Assembly: GCF_020745735.1 (NCBI RefSeq)
Contig: NC_083430.1
Span: 52,567,375-52,631,374, forward strand
Source of the DNA: Hemiscyllium ocellatum
Taxonomy: Eukaryota
Direction: 5' to 3'
Length of the DNA stretch: 64,000 nt
Below are positions 38,291 through 52,519 of the stretch, one piece after another. Each line of letters starts with the position of its first letter. The stretch's first letter is position 1. Both the position numbers and the translations under genes were made by a program. The notes under the pieces were generated by a model. That model saw only the letters and a program-made list of their open reading frames with translations. It ran no database searches and was not told where the DNA came from.

Positions 38291-39124
38291 GAAGCAAATT
38301 CCTGCAGATGCTGGAATCTGTACTGAAAACAAAAAATACTGGAGATCACAGCAGGTCAGGCAGCATCCATGGGGAGAGAGCAAGCTCATGTTTCAAGTCT
38401 TGATGACTCTTTAGAGCTGGTAATAAGTGTGGAGGGAGCAGCATTTGTGCTACAGTGGCTGGGGGTGGCAGGTGTGGAGTTCTGGGAAAGAAAGACTGCT
38501 GACAGTGTAGATTGAGTGATCAGACTGTGAGAATGATAGAACAATGGTGTGTCTAACTACAGGATAGGTGGTTGAAACCTGAACGGTAAAACTCGAGGTG
38601 AAATTCATGTGGACTACATCTGAGTTGCAGAGAAAGGAACTATGGCTATGAAAGCCAGTTTTGGCAAACACTTTGTTGAATACCAGCAGTAAAATGGTCA
38701 GACCACTGATTCACCCAGGACAACCTTCTGGTCTCTATATTGAGTTCAACACCTTCAGATTGGGAACCCACTCCTGTTCCTCCCCTTTCTTTTTGCTTTA
38801 CTTGTTGAATTCTCTGTCACTATTTCCACTCTCCCCTCCCCTCCACTCCCCCCCCCCCCCCCCAATGGGAGTAACTATTCTGTTTGTCAGTTGGACACAC
38901 CATTATTCTGCTATTCTCATATTCTGATCACTTAGTCTATCAGCAGCCTTCCTCTCCCAGCACTCCACCCCTCCCCGCCCACTATAACATAAATGCTAGC
39001 CCCTCCCCACTTCACTTCAGTTCTGATGAAGAGTCATCTAGACTCAAAACGTTAGCTTGCTCTCTCTCCATGGATGCTGCCTGACCCGCTGTTATCTCCA
39101 GCATTTGTTGCTTTCAGTAATCAT
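38291..39124. mobile_element. Penelope-like element 3' end with inverted arm
   Basis: 38291-38600 is inverted to 38850-39120; QPSGL.IEFNTF remnant; hammerhead-like ctgatgaagagtc..gactcaaaacgtt at 39023-39053; TSD tcctgaaaca at 38281-38290 and 39125-39134. Confidence 0.8.
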
Positions 39125-39297
39125 TCCTGAAACAAATATATGGAAATATTTGCATGCGCAAATAGGGGGACCTAACATCTAGTCATCAGCCTTTTTGTAA
39201 AATTGGACATGACTTGAATACAGCAAATGTGAAAACTATTGGAGGGAATCCATCTAAAAATAACCTAAATGTAGATGACTGAAGACCATTCACTGCG

Positions 39298-39565
39298 CAT
39301 AGAATCCCTCCAGTGTGAAAACAGGCCATTCAGCCCAACAAGTCCACCCCAAGCATTCTACCCAGACTCACCTCCCCAACCTAACCTCTGTATTTCGCAT
39401 GGCTAATCCACCTACCTTACACAACTTTGGACTGTGGGAGGAGACTGGACCACCCAAAAAAAACCCACACGGACACGGAGAGAATGTGCAAATTCCACAC
39501 AGTCAAACCCAGGGCCCTGATGCTGTAAGGCAGCAGTGCTAACCACTGAGCCACCATGCCGCGCC
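39298..39565 (-). mobile_element. HE1-type SINE with internal deletions
   Basis: Reverse complement head ggcggcatggtggctcagtggttagcactgctgcc. Confidence 0.85.
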
Positions 39566-39881
39566 ATTATCTCAACACTCTCTTAACCTTCATAGTTACT
39601 TCCACCACCTCTCACTCTTAACCATCCCAACTCCTCCTTGTCCGACCCAAAAGACGCTCTGGCTATGCAGTGGCCTGACATCTCAATCTTTTTGTCAGTG
39701 AGTTACTTGAGTATCTGTAGATTGGTGTCATAAGGTTCAGATATACCTCAGGGCAACCTGTTCCAGTGCAGGGATTCAGCCCAGGCCTACTTTGTATCAC
39801 CTATGTAAGGCAATTTCTAGATGGTTGAATGCATTAATATGCACTCAGCTTTATGTACTGGGTCACATTGCAGTCAAACAT

Positions 39882-40055
39882 TGTCTGAGGAGCGGGAAAA
39901 TCGATGTTTGTTGGGCAAAAGCCCTTCATCATGAAGGACTTTTGCCCGAAACGTTGATTTTCCTGCTCCTTGAATGCTGCCTGACCTGCTGTGCTTTTCC
40001 AGCACCACTCTAATCTAAACTCTGGTTTCCAGCATTTGCAGTCCTCACTTTTGCC
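39882..40055. mobile_element. Fold-back Penelope-derived insert
   Basis: Perfect 14-bp TSD ttgcagtcaaacat at 39868-39881 and 40056-40069; centre gcccttcatc/atgaagg. Confidence 0.85.
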
Positions 40056-40469
40056 TTGCAGTCAAACATGTCAATTTGAGAAGAACAGTTAATATTAGTA
40101 TCAGCTGTGCCTGAAAAATATTTACCACATTTTTTTTTTGTTGTACTAACATTCTGACAAAGCAAGTTTGTCTTCTTATAAGAGAGGTTCTTTTTCAGCA
40201 GTAAGGCATGCATATAGTTTAAAGGTGACTTTATCCATTTTTATCTTGTAATCATTAATCATTACATGACTATGACCCATAGTCACGTAACAAAAGTCTG
40301 TCAATATGCTAACAATAGCTTACTCATAAAAGGTATCTGCGCCGGAGGAATGACATTGCATTGTTGCTTATTACCACAAGGAAGAGCTAATTCTATTTAA
40401 AGGAATTGCTCAGTCAGTGTTTCCCTCTTCCACAGACTTAAAACCTTTACTAAAGTTTAATCTACCTAG

Positions 40470-40710
40470 ATTCGCATAGTATAGAAGGAGGCCATTTGGC
40501 CCATCAGGTCTGTATGGACCTGCTGAAGATCATCCTACTGTGACCTACCACCTCCCACCCTGTCCTCATAACCCTGACCACATTTGCTAACCCACTTAGC
40601 CTACACATCCTGAACATTATGGATAATTTCACATGGCCAATCCATCCTAACCTGCACACCTTTGGACTGTGGGAGGAAACCCACATAGATGCAGGGAGAA
40701 TTGCAGACCT
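40470..40710 (-). mobile_element. HE1-type SINE 3' part
   Basis: cctaacctgcacacctttggactgtgggaggaaacc. Confidence 0.75.
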
Positions 40711-40727
40711 CAACACTATTTCTTGAT

Positions 40728-40932
40728 GGAAAACAACAATTGCTGGAGATCACAGCAGGTCAGGCAGCATCCGTGGAGAGACAGCAAGATAACATTTTAA
40801 GTTTAGATGATTCTTTATCATAGTAACCTAGACTCAAAACGTTAGCTTGCTCTCTCTCCATGAATACTGACTGACCTGCTGTGATCTTCAGCAATTGTTG
40901 TCTTGAGATTCCAACATCTGAAGTAATTTCTC
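40728..40932. mobile_element. Fold-back Penelope-derived insert
   Basis: acaacaattgctggagatcacagcaggtcag is inverted against ctgacctgctgtgatcttcagcaattgttgt. Confidence 0.8.
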
Positions 40933-41108
40933 TAATTTCCTGATTTATCTTTCAGTTTTTATTCTTGTTGAAGTGGATGACATCCTGTATGAGTGCCCTT
41001 GCCTCATCACAGATTTCTTACTAAAATAGTTCTGAAGCAATGGGTAACAACATTTATGATGGTGAGAGAATGAGCTATATTTTTCCTGCCTGCCATTCAT
41101 CCATTGGA

Positions 41109-41292
41109 ATGCGTGATGTGGAGATGCTGATGTTGGACTGGGGTGGACAAGATCAGAAGTCACAGAACACCAGGTTATAGTCCAATAGGTTTATTTAAAA
41201 TCACAAGCTTTCAGAGCACTGCTCCTTCTTCAGGTGCAGTGCACTTTAAATAAACCTGTTGGACTATAACCTGGTGTTGTGCGACTTCTGGC
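41109..41292. mobile_element. Fold-back Penelope-derived insert, same family as 22729-22934
   Basis: 13-bp TSD ttcatccattgga at 41096-41108 and 41293-41305; arms acaccaggttatagtccaa/ttggactataacctggtgt. Confidence 0.85.
41202..41236 (-). ncRNA. Minimal type I hammerhead ribozyme motif
   Basis: CAC-CUGAAGA-A-GGAGC(agu)GCUCU-GAAAG-CUU-GUG. Confidence 0.7.
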
Positions 41293-41606
41293 TTCATCCA
41301 TTGGAGCCATTGCATAATAATGATTCTATTTGAATTGTCTCTCTCAAGGATTGACCTCAGGAAATGAAAGTCAATCTCCTGGACCCTGCTGTAGGTAACC
41401 CTGGAGGAAAATCACAGGGATATTCAAAAAGACATTTTTGTCATCTTCCTTGAACATTTCTCCTTGCCAGATGTAAACATATTGGAAAATGGGTGAATGT
41501 GTTGTTTGGCTAACAGTCAGATGATGTGCAATTAGATAATGACACTTTCTGCATTCCAATTTTTGTAACAAAATACAAGTGGCTATAAATAAACAAATCA
41601 AACCTG

Positions 41607-41812
41607 GAATAACTCCACGAAGGTCAGTATCCTGTCACTAAATCACATAGTACACAACACTGGCCCAGCCAGCTCCAAGTGTGAACAGACCCCCCGATAC
41701 ACCTGTTTCTATCTGTCAGCCTGGGCTCCCTGATTGGATCAGGTTAACAGCCCCAATCAGGGGACTCATATTCTATGAAATCCATCTGGCTGACATTGGT
41801 CCAACCACTGCA
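41607..41812 (-). mobile_element. Solo-LTR-like remnant (related partial copy at ~43270-43388)
   Basis: Both copies share cctgattgga..ttaa.agccccaatcag..actcatattcta; the second copy starts TGTAGT on the minus strand. Confidence 0.5.
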
Positions 41813-42599
41813 AAATCAAATCAATTGGAGTAGGAAGGTCATGAGTCACAAGAATGGATGTGTTGGCCAACTAATGGTTAGAGCATGGAGACAGATCATG
41901 AGGTGAAACCTTTGGGAATAGATTCCATCCCCAGTTGACAACCTCAGTGTTATGACTTGGGAAGATGCTGATATTGTAATGATGTCACTGAGGCCCAGTG
42001 TCATACAAAGAACCTGCCAGTCAACTGGTTGAATTTAAATTCAACCAATTAGTTGATTATTATCAAAAAGATTAGAATGAAAGTTAGTTTCAATAAAACA
42101 GATCCATTGTTGTAAAACTCATCTGGTTCAGTAATAAACTTGAGGGAAAGAAATCTGCCATCCTTATCTGGTCTGGCCCAGATGTGTCTTGGGATTTACA
42201 GCAATGCGGCTGACTCTTAACTGCCCCCGGGAATGGAATTATTGTAAATAATGCTGGCCTTTCCAGTGATGGCCCCATTCCATGAAAGAATAAATAAAAC
42301 TTAACCTTTATAGTCTGTTGATCTTTCTTGATTAGCACGATTTATGTCACTGGGGTGTACAATCCATGTTTGCAAGAACATATCGATTGCCTGAAACAAA
42401 TCCATCCCCCACATCGAGACAACTTGTAGTTCTCTACAATCCAAATTTGCAGTACAAACTGTCGCTGTCGAAACTGCTGTAACCAATTTGCACTTATCAA
42501 GATCCCAGAATCAGCAATCATGGTGTTTGTTGGTGAACCGTGTTAACCTAGTAACCTGCAGCTCTCTGCAGGCTGCACTATAATAGATACAGTGCTCCA

Positions 42600-42940
42600 A
42601 TCAATGCAAGGATAGGAAGGTAGAGGACTTATCCAATAAACATGCAAAACATTTAGATTTAAGGTAACAGACAGGGAGTTTAGAAGGGATGTGAGAAAAA
42701 TGTTGCTCACCCAGCAGATGGTGGGAATCTGGAACTCTCCATCTGTAATGGCAGAGGCACAACATCACATAACATTTAAAAAACACTTCAATGTGCACTT
42801 GTCATACCAACGCAGACAAGATTATGGAATAGGTGATGGGAACATAGATTAGAATAGTCGGCTGCTTGTTTTTGATCAGTTTGGACATGATGGGTGAAAG
42901 GGCCATTGTTTTCTGTGCTGTATTTCTCTATGGCTCTATT
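42600..42940 (+). mobile_element. Old CR1 3' fragment
   Basis: gatgtgagaaaa..tcacccag..gtgggaatctggaactc; gggcc..ttctgtgctgta tail. Confidence 0.7.
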
Positions 42941-43010
42941 GGAGCTTTTGTATTCAGGTGTAAGTAAATATATAGCAAGGTGATGTGTCATACTTTTTGC
43001 CAAACATTGG

Positions 43011-44121
43011 CCTAAATTGTAAGAGCAATCCAGGTAATTTCCACTCTGGAGGTGGTAGTCTCAACCATCAGCTAACAAAAGTCAGGAGCAAACTCAGACC
43101 ATTATTTTCAGTCCTCAGTCATATGTTGCCTGAGATCATGCTTTTCACCATCTCAAGGCAAAGTATTCTGTCTTTAAGAGCTGCTCACCAATCAGGGGTC
43201 TGGCAGCTTTTGCAGCACCACACTTTCAACTGCTTCATTCAGAGTCAGCTCTCAAAGTGTCAACATCTTTGACAATCTCCTTTTTAAATATTAGCCAGGA
43301 CTTCCTGATTGGACCAGATTAATAGCCCCAATCAGCGAACTCATATTCTACAAGATCCAGCTAGCTGACCTCGTTACAATCACTACAAACTGCATCACAG
43401 TGTTGGAGTGTCAGGGCAAGGGGAAGTAGACATCTCACTCTCATTGTAATATGCTACTGTAAGGAAAGTAGAAGTGTCCATTTTGAATGTTAGTGACTGC
43501 ATGAGTATGGTGGGCAAGGGGATGAAGTAAGTGGGTAGGTGGGTGTGGAAGGAAGATAGAGTGAACAGTTTGGGGGATTAATCAGGTCAGGTCAGTGGTG
43601 GAGGGGGTAGTTAGCATAGTTATGAGAGGTAGTTAGGTTGGGTTGGGGGCAGCCAGGTCAGATTGAGTCACAGAGTAAGTGCTGGTGGTGGAGTTGTGAT
43701 GTTCAGTGTGTGCAAATATCCATATGCATTCTGCAGTAACCCAAGAGTTACACCAGGTTGTTACCTGACCATTTCCATGGTAATTATTCAGGCCAATATT
43801 GAAACTGTCCAGTCTTCAGCATTAACTCAGAGTGAAATACTTTGGGAAGCTGAGGAATGACTTGTCTTGGAGTTCAAACTTCACGCAACAATTCCCACAG
43901 AGTATAACATTTTGCAAGGTCCTGACCCACATCGTGAGGCATACATTCTGTCTCCAACAATCCCAGATAACCAGATGATCTGGGCAATTTAATGCTCCAT
44001 GTTGCATTTGACTCTTATCTGCATAAACAGGAGAAGTAATTGACTGGAAGTTAAATACTTCCTGCTTATAAGGAAGGAAATATCAGAGGGGAAATTACCT
44101 GGATTGCTCTTACAATTTAGG
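43011..44121. mobile_element. Non-autonomous DNA transposon with 38-bp TIRs
   Basis: cctaaattgtaagagcaatccaggtaatttcc(a/c)ctctg at 43011-43048 and its inverse at 44084-44121, 1 mismatch. Confidence 0.75.
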
Positions 44122-44279
44122 GAACTCCCAAAATTAAGGCAACAACCATTTTTACTAGGTAATGATATACCAAGAAGGAAATGGATAGAAATATATTAGT
44201 AAGTAATAGTGCGGACATTGTAAAAACTTTAGTTGCATAAGCTGATCCATTGATCTCATTAACTTTCCTCAGCTACATG

Positions 44280-44958
44280 TAACTATCAAAGAAAAGAGAC
44301 TTGGTGGGGTTCAGGTGCATTGATCTTTAAAATGCTATGAACAGAAAATAATGAGGAAAGCTAATGGAGTGCTGGCCTTTACCTACAGAGGACTGGAGTT
44401 ATAGAAAACCCTGGTTAGACCCCACTGGGAGCACTGGGAGCAGATCCGGGTACCACCCCTCAGGAAGGATAGGTTAGCCTTGGAGGGAATACAATGTAGG
44501 TTTGCAAGAATAAAACCTGGACTTCTGGGTTTACATTATGGGAGAGATTATCCAAATAAGGCCTATCTTCTCTAGAATTTAGAAGGTTGCAGGAGTGATC
44601 TGACTGAAATCTTCAAAATATTAACAGGAAAAGCAGGATATATAAAGATAAACTATTTCCACTGGTTGGAGATTCTAGAACTAGAGATATAAGAATTAGG
44701 GCCAGACCATTCAGGAGAGATGCTGGGAAGCTCTTCCACACACTAAGGGTGGGAGAGGTTTGGAACTCTCTTCCACAAATGACCATGGATGCTGGATCTG
44801 TATTTTAAATCTTAGAGAATTTTTGTTAAGCAAAGGTATTAAGGGATATGGGCCAAAGGTATATATATAGAGTTTGGCCACAGATCATCTATGATCTCAT
44901 TGTGTAGCAGAGCAGGCTCGATGGGCTGATTGGTCTTCTCCTGCTCCTAATGTTCTAT
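44280..44958 (+). mobile_element. Old CR1 3' fragment
   Basis: KANGVLAF, LVRP, DLTEIFKI, VWNSLP remnants; atgatctcattg..gcaggctcga tail. Confidence 0.8.
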
Positions 44959-46429
44959 TAAAGGGACAGTACTCAAATACACCAGTTTTATTGGCATAAT
45001 ATTCAATAGTATTCGTCAGTAGTTTATACTATTCCTGTAATCAGTTGGTGAACTTAAATGGAATGAAGAAATAATAGCTTCAAGAAATATGTATTCAAAT
45101 ATGAATTCTCAAGAATCCAATGGAATATACAAGTGGAATATCAAAGATCAGGAAAACAAAACACAATTAAATAAAACTATCATTTTTACTCGTAGAACGA
45201 CCTTGTCATTGTTCCAATCACCTCGAAAATATTTTTTCTCCATGAGTTAAATTCATTTTCGGCATCTTTACTCTCAACTGGCATGTAATAAAGTTGGCTC
45301 TCCTGACAAATGTTCCATCGCCTAAGAGTTAGGCAAGCACACCATTGAGGCATGTGAGCATCCTCTTTAAAATGTGTGCATCAATTTTTTGATTTGTGTT
45401 GTGGCATTTGTGCCAACTATAAATCAGTTACCTAGCAAATAAATGCCCATCTCTAATTCAGAATTTAGGCAGTAGGTTCACTCAATATCTTGGCTCTATC
45501 TCCCTGTAACCCTCTCAGGCTCTGTTTAGTTTTGCCATATTCAACAACCCATTAGTGACACCTTCTGGTAGGAAGTTTCCCCTATGAAGCTGCCTCACTC
45601 CCCTGACAACCAGCACTTCTTGCAAATTGTCCTCCTTGACTCCTCAGATAGAACAAGTATAATGGCTTTCCATAGGAGGTGGCCATTATACATGGAACCA
45701 TGGCAGGTTCGTGTTCATCTCCTGGAGCCCTGTTCTCATGTACCGAAGGGGAAGCTTTATAGCCAATTGCTTTAACATTATATTCCCGAACAATCAGAGT
45801 AAATATAAACTTCAACTTGTTTCTCAAAAGACACTGACAGGATAACATGAATTTATTCAAAGGCAAGTTGTCCTGGGTTCTTTCCTTATCAGTGCATTTA
45901 TTAATGGATAAATTTTACAATCAGATCACAGAGAATTACAGAATTCTTAGAGCACAGTGTGTTCGCAGCAGATCTCTGAACGAGTAATTCACCAAGCACA
46001 ATTCTTTCAGCTGCTCCTCACAAAGCATAAATAATTTGAAGGTGAAGTGGTTTAGACCATTAGCCTAGATGAGAGCTGATCCAATATTGTTGTTCAGGTC
46101 TCAGTGTGTTTGTTTAACCAAAATGTTTTAGACCTACTCAGACATGGCCAAAGCATTGGAAATAATATTGAATCACAACAAAAAAGTTAAAATGTTTGTT
46201 TACAGCATTTGTGAGTCATAAGTATTCAATTTATGAATGTCAGCAAAATGAAGTCTCTCCCACAGTGTTGTCATTCAAAAGTTACCAAACAGCATTATAA
46301 CCCCGGACTGAAATTCCTTGTCACTTCAAAACTATTTGTCTCAAATAGCCGATGAAGTGTTTTGGAAATATAGTCCCTGTTGTAATTTGACATGTTTTAC
46401 ATCAATCTACTGATCTTTAACATACATAA

Positions 46430-48290
46430 TGAGAAACATAGAAAATGGGAGCAGGAATACAGGGTTACAGGGATAGTGTAGGGGATTGAGTCTGGGTGGG
46501 ATGCTCTTTGGAGGGTTGATTTGGACTTGATGGGCCAAATGACCTGCTTCCATACTGTAGAGGTTCTATGATTCTATGACTAGTCCATCTGGCTCTTCGA
46601 GCCTGTTTTGTCATTCAACATGATCATGGCTTATCCTCCAACTAGGTCCCCTGTCCCTGCTTTCTCCCATATCCTTTAATCCCTTTCATCCTAAGAACGA
46701 TACCTCGCTTCTCCTTGAAAACATTCAATGCTTTGGCATGTACTTCATTCAATGGCGGAGAATTTCACAAGCTCATTGCTCTTTGTGTGAAGAAAGTCCT
46801 CCCTATTTCAGTCTTAAATGGCCTACCCCTTATCCTTAAACTCTGCCCCTGGTAGAGCCCTGTTGGAATTTTATCATTTTAATAAGATTTCCCTCATTCT
46901 TCTAAACTCTAAACAGGGAATATAGTGTTAACCAACCGAGTCTCTCTTCATGTGCTAGTCTTGACAGGAATCCGTCTGGCAAGCCTTCATTGCAGTCATT
47001 CCAAAACCAGAACATCCTTCCTCTGATAAGGAGATCAAAACTGTACACAATACTCCAGGTGTGGTCCCACTAAGGTCCTGTGCAGTTGCAGCAAGACATC
47101 CCTGCTCCTCTATGCAAATCTTCTCACTATGAAGGACAGCATACCATTTGCATTCTTTACCACCTACTGCAGTGCATGCTTACTTTCAATGACTGGTGTA
47201 AAAGGACACCTCCCCCTTTCCTGCTAATATTCAGCCTTCCCTTTTTTGCTACTCAAATAGATAACCTCACATTTATCCACATTATACTGCAACTGCCATG
47301 TGTTTGCTCACTCACTAAACTTGTACAAATCCGATTGAAGCTTCTCTGTCTCCTCACCGCAGCTCATCTTCCCACCCAGCTTTGTGGTGTCTGCAAGATG
47401 AGGAGATTTACTTTCCATGAATATATATCACGCTGATCCCTGCAGCACCCACTAGTCGCTGGCTGCCAATCAGAAATAAATCAGAAAAATTACTGTTTAT
47501 TCCTAATTTGTTTCCTATCTGATAACCAGTTCTCTATCAATGTCAATACATATCTCAATTCCATTTGCTTTAATTTTACACACTGATATTTTATGTGGAA
47601 CCTTATCAAAAGTTTTCTGAAAGTCCAAGTAAAGCACATCCATTACACCTGATGAAGGGTCCTATCTGAAACATCGACTCTCCTGCTCTTCTGATGCTGC
47701 CTGACCTGCTGTGCTTTATCCAGCTCCACATTTTATCGACTCTGACTTCCAGCAGCTGCAGTCCTCACTATCTTCACATCCACTAGTTCCCCATGATCAA
47801 CTCTACTAATTACATCTCGAAAAATTCCAGTAGAACATAGAATACAGAACATTACAGCACAGTGCAGGCCCTTCAGCCCTCAATATTGTGCTGACCTGTG
47901 AAACCAATCTGAAGCCTATCTTACCTACACTATTCCATTATGATCCATACAGAGTCATATTCATGGAGATGTACAGCATGGAAACAGATCCTTTGGTGCA
48001 ACTCGTCCATGCCAACCTGAGATGAAGGGCTTATGCTCGAAACGTCGAATTCTCTATTCCTGAGATGCTGCCTGGCCTGCTGTGCTTTGACCAGCAACAC
48101 ATTTTCAGCTGATATCCTAATCTAATCTAGTTCCATTTGCCAGCACTTGGCCCATATCCCTCCAAACCTTTATTTTTATATACCTATCCAGATGCCTTTT
48201 AAATGTTGTAATTGTACCAGCCTCCACCACTTCCTCTGGCAGCTCATTCCATATACATACCACCCTCTGTGTGAAAGCATTGCCCCCTAA
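46430..48290 (-). mobile_element. Cluster of CR1 3' fragments with nested HE1 tail (~46455-46580) and Penelope-derived inserts (~47643-47774, ~48015-48110)
   Basis: Three reversed CR1 tails; hammerhead-like ctgatgaaggg..gaaac in the inserts; TSD cacatcca at 47635-47642 and 47775-47782. Confidence 0.75.
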
Positions 48291-50468
48291 GGAGAGAGAT
48301 AGGTACGTGCAACAGGGCAGGTTTTACAATTGGGGGAAGGGTAAATACGATGCTGCAAGACAGAATCTGAGGAGCATAAATTGGGAGCATAGGCTGTCAG
48401 GGAAGGATGTCGTTGAAATGTGGAACTTTTTCAAGGAACAGATATGACGTGTCCTTGATTTGTATGTACCTGTCAGGCAGGAAAGAGATGGTCGTGTGAG
48501 TGAACCTTGGTTGACGAGTGAGGTTGAATGTCTTGTAAGGAGGAAGAAGGAGGCTTACATAAGGTTGAGGAAACAAGGTTCAGACAGAGCGTTGGAGGGA
48601 TACAGGATAGCCAGGAGAGAGCTGAAGAAAGGGACTAGGAGAGCTAAGAGAGGGCATGAAAAATCTTTGGCGGGTAGGATCAAGGATAACCCCAAGGCCT
48701 TTTATGCGTATGTGAGAAACATGAGAATGACGAGAACGAGAGTAGGTACGATCAAGGACAGTAGTGGGAGACTGTGTATTGAGTTGGAGGAGATAGGAGA
48801 GGTCTTGAATGAGTACTTTTCTTCAGTATTTACAAATGAGAGGGACCGTATTGTTGAAGAGGAGAGTATGAAACGGACTGGTAAGCTAGAGGAGATACTT
48901 GTTAGGAAGGAAGATGTGTTGGGCATTTTGAAAAACTTGAGGATAGACAAGTCCCCCGGGCCTGACGGGATATATCCTAGGATTATGTGGGAAGCAAGAG
49001 AGGAAACTGCAGAACCGCTGGCAATGATCTTTTTGTCTTCACTGTCAATGAGGGTGGTGCCAGGGGACTGGAGAGTGGCGAATGTTGTGCCCCTGTTCAA
49101 AAAAGGGAATAGGGATAACCGCGGGAATTACAGGCCAGTCAGTCGTACTTCGGTGGTAGGCAAAGTAATGGAAAGGGTACTGAGGGATAGGATTTATGAG
49201 TATCTGGAAAGACACTGCTTGATTAGGGACAGCCAGCACAGATTTGTGAGGGGTAGATCTTGCCTTACAAGTCTAATTGAATTCTTTGAAGAGGTGATGA
49301 AGCATGTGGTTGAGGGTAGAGCAGTGGATGTAGTGTACATGGATTTTAGTAAGGCATTTGATAAGTTTCCCCATGGTAGGCTTATGCGGAAAGTCAGGAG
49401 GATGGGATAGTGGGAAATTTGGCCAATTGGATAGAAAACTGGCTAACTGGTCGAAGTCAGAAAGTGGTAGTAGATGGTAAATATTCAGCCTGGAGCCCAG
49501 TTACAAGTGGAGTTCCGCAGGGATCAGTTCTGGGTCCTCTGCTGTTTGTAATTTTTATTAATGATTTGGAAGAGGGAGTCGAAGGGTGGGTCAGTAAATT
49601 TGCAGACGATATGAAGATTGGTGGAGTTGTGGATAGTGAGGAGGGCTGTTATTGGCTGCAAAGGGACTTAGATATGATGCAGAGCTGGACTGAGGAGTGG
49701 CAGATGGAGTTCAACGCTGTCAAGCGTGAGGTTGTCCATTTTGGAAGGACAAATAAGAATGCGGAATACAGGGTTAACGGTAGGGTTCTTAGTAAGGTGG
49801 AGGAGCAAAGGGATCTTGGGGTCTATGTACATAGCTCTTTGAAAGTTGCCACTCAGGTGGATAGAGCTTGTAAGAAGGCCTATGGTGTATTAGCGTTCAT
49901 TAGCAAAGGGATTGAATTCAAGAGTCGAGAGGTGATGTTGCAGCTGTACAGGACCTTGGTAAGGCCACAGTTGGAGTAGTGTGTGCAGTTCTGGTCACCT
50001 CGCTTTAGGAAAGATGTGGAAGCTTTGGAGAGGATGCAGAGGAGATTTACCAGGATATTGCCTGGAATGGAGAATAGGTCATACGAGGATAGGTTGAGAG
50101 TGTTAGGACTTTTCTCATTGGAACGGAGACGGATGACGGGTGACTTGATAGAGGTTCATAAGATGATCGGGGAAATAGATAGAGTAGACAGTCAGAGACT
50201 TTTTCCCTGGGTACAATAGAGTGTTACAAGGGGACATCAATTTAAGGTGAAGGGTGGAAGGTATAGGGGGGATGTCAGGGGTAGGTTCTTTACCCAGAGA
50301 GTGGTGGGGGCATGGAATGCACTGCCTGTGGGAGTGGCAGAGTCAGAATCATTGGTGACCTTTAAGCGGCAATTGGATAGGTACATTGATAGGTGCTTAA
50401 GCTCGGACAAATGTTTGGCACAACACCATGGGCCGGAGGGCCTGTTCTGTGCTGTATTGTTCTATGTT
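48290..50468 (+). mobile_element. CR1 LINE, 5'-truncated, ORF2 disrupted; same subfamily as 5786-7880
   Basis: GHEKSLAGRIKDNPKAFY, KSPGPDG, YMDFSKAFD, GVPQGSVLGP, FADD; ttctatg tail. Confidence 0.95.
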
Positions 50469-52519
50469 TAACCTCAATTTAGCCCTCTATCTATTAGGTC
50501 ATGCTTCTGCATCGTTTCTTTTTCAAGTAAAAAGACCCAGCTAATGGCATGGCATCTGGAACCAGTTAGATAATGATCGGGTGCAATGATTAATTTTGTT
50601 CCATGATCAAAACTTTACATAGAAAAGGCATGAAATGGAATCCAGGAAGGCCAAAGTTGATTGATTATTCATTGGAATATATTAAGAGTATAGGATATAT
50701 CCTATGACATTTCCAAGGTATTGGAACTCAGTAGATGAATTTTAATACCTGTTTATGATCCTGTTTGTCTTATATTCTTATGCACTATATTAATGAACAG
50801 TGACACCTAGTGTTCGATTGGCATGATATGTCCATGCTAATACCTGTATCACAAAGCATGACGTTTCTTCAGCTGATAAATAACAAGATGAAGTTATCTG
50901 CTCTGATTTCTTGCATATTGCCTAAGATGTATGATCATGGTCTCAAGACAGAAGAAAAAGCTTACACATTGACAATAATCAGTTCAAGAAAAGTTATCTG
51001 TCCATGAATTACCATGTGTGAGATAATAGCAAAATCTATTTTCAATAATATAGTACTTCAGTGTACCAAAGCACCCCATGAAGCTTCACAGGAGCATAAA
51101 GAGCCAAGTGTTAACTCCAAATCGATGAACCAGACATTAGAACCAGTGACAATCAATGAGCAATTTTCTCTAAAGACAATAATTAGGAGGTAAGGGACGG
51201 AACTTCCTCCACCTTCATACTCTCTCATTCTCACTTGCTACTGCCACTACCTCACTCCCTCCAATTCCACAGAAATGGCACTGCCTCCAAGCAGCTTCAC
51301 AGACCTGATGTTGCTATCCTCCCACTCCCCAATATGATTTTTTCCACTCCCCAAAACAAACAGGATCATAAACTGGCATTACAATTCATCTACGGAGTTC
51401 CCACTCGATCACCAGTGCCTGCCTTCTGCCTTTGCCTAATCTCCTCCAGGTGAGTGAGCCTCTTATTGCTTTGCTTGCCATGCTTCTGTTTGTCTCCAGA
51501 GGCCTTGCTGCAAGGAAGCAGGTAAACAAAAGTGTGATTGCAAGAAATGCAACAAGAGATTCACCAAAAGGGAGAGGGGGGTCAGCTTGCAGCAGGAGAG
51601 AGGCATCTGGGTTTGAGCAGGAGTGGAGAGAGGCATTGAGCATCAAGAAGCAGCAGCAGGTAAAATGGGAGTGACAGGAATGCGACCATAGTGGAGAGCG
51701 GAAACAGCCAGGATGGTCCACACAGGGAAAGCTATTCAGGCAACAAAGGAATATTGTTAATTTGTATATTTCTTGTATTTAGCTCCGATGAAGAGTCATC
51801 TAGACTCCAAATGTTAGCTTCCTCCGTCCATGGATGTTGCCTGACCTGCTGTGATTTCCAGCTCTTTTCTCTTTTCAGTACAAATTTCAGCATCTGCACT
51901 AACTTCTTCCTCCTTTCATTTATATTGTTCGTTTATTTTCATTTTATTCTATATGCGTCTACCAATTTTCTCAGCTCAAGCTGTTATGTCCATGCAGGTT
52001 TTTCAATCAATTATTCATTCCTAACAGGACTATTTAGAGAAAATGAAAAAATTTTTGAACTCTTTCCAGAAGTTCAAAGGGACAGTGCTGTTGAGTTCTG
52101 ACTGACATTATATCACAGCATCTGAATGAAATGGCTAATCCTATAATGGCATTCATGGTGTTTCTTGATGAAAACATGACTTTGATCTGTTTATCTCATC
52201 CTGAGAGGTTTTCAATATAATGCACTTTCTTTTGCCACTGTGTAACCCTGAGACTATCGCTGTACCCAAACCTGTAAAATAACAAGTGAACGCACAGCAC
52301 TAATAAACTTGTAATGTAGTGAAAAACGTGAAGTGTAGAAATAAATACCATTGTACTCAAGCATGATGCAAACACAATGTGTACTGACAAGCCACTGCCT
52401 TGCAGACTTACTCAGATAATATTTTGACATAAATCATACTGATACCATTTCCAGGTAAAGCATCTAAAACCACACATCAATTTGCTCCATTCTACTGGTT
52501 CCAGCTTGACTGTCAACTT

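Noticed and set aside
21966-50471. CR1 RT/endonuclease ORFs as active or domesticated genes
   Set aside because: All copies are 5'-truncated with stops or frameshifts (for example TAG at 23850-23852 and a frameshift at 49410).
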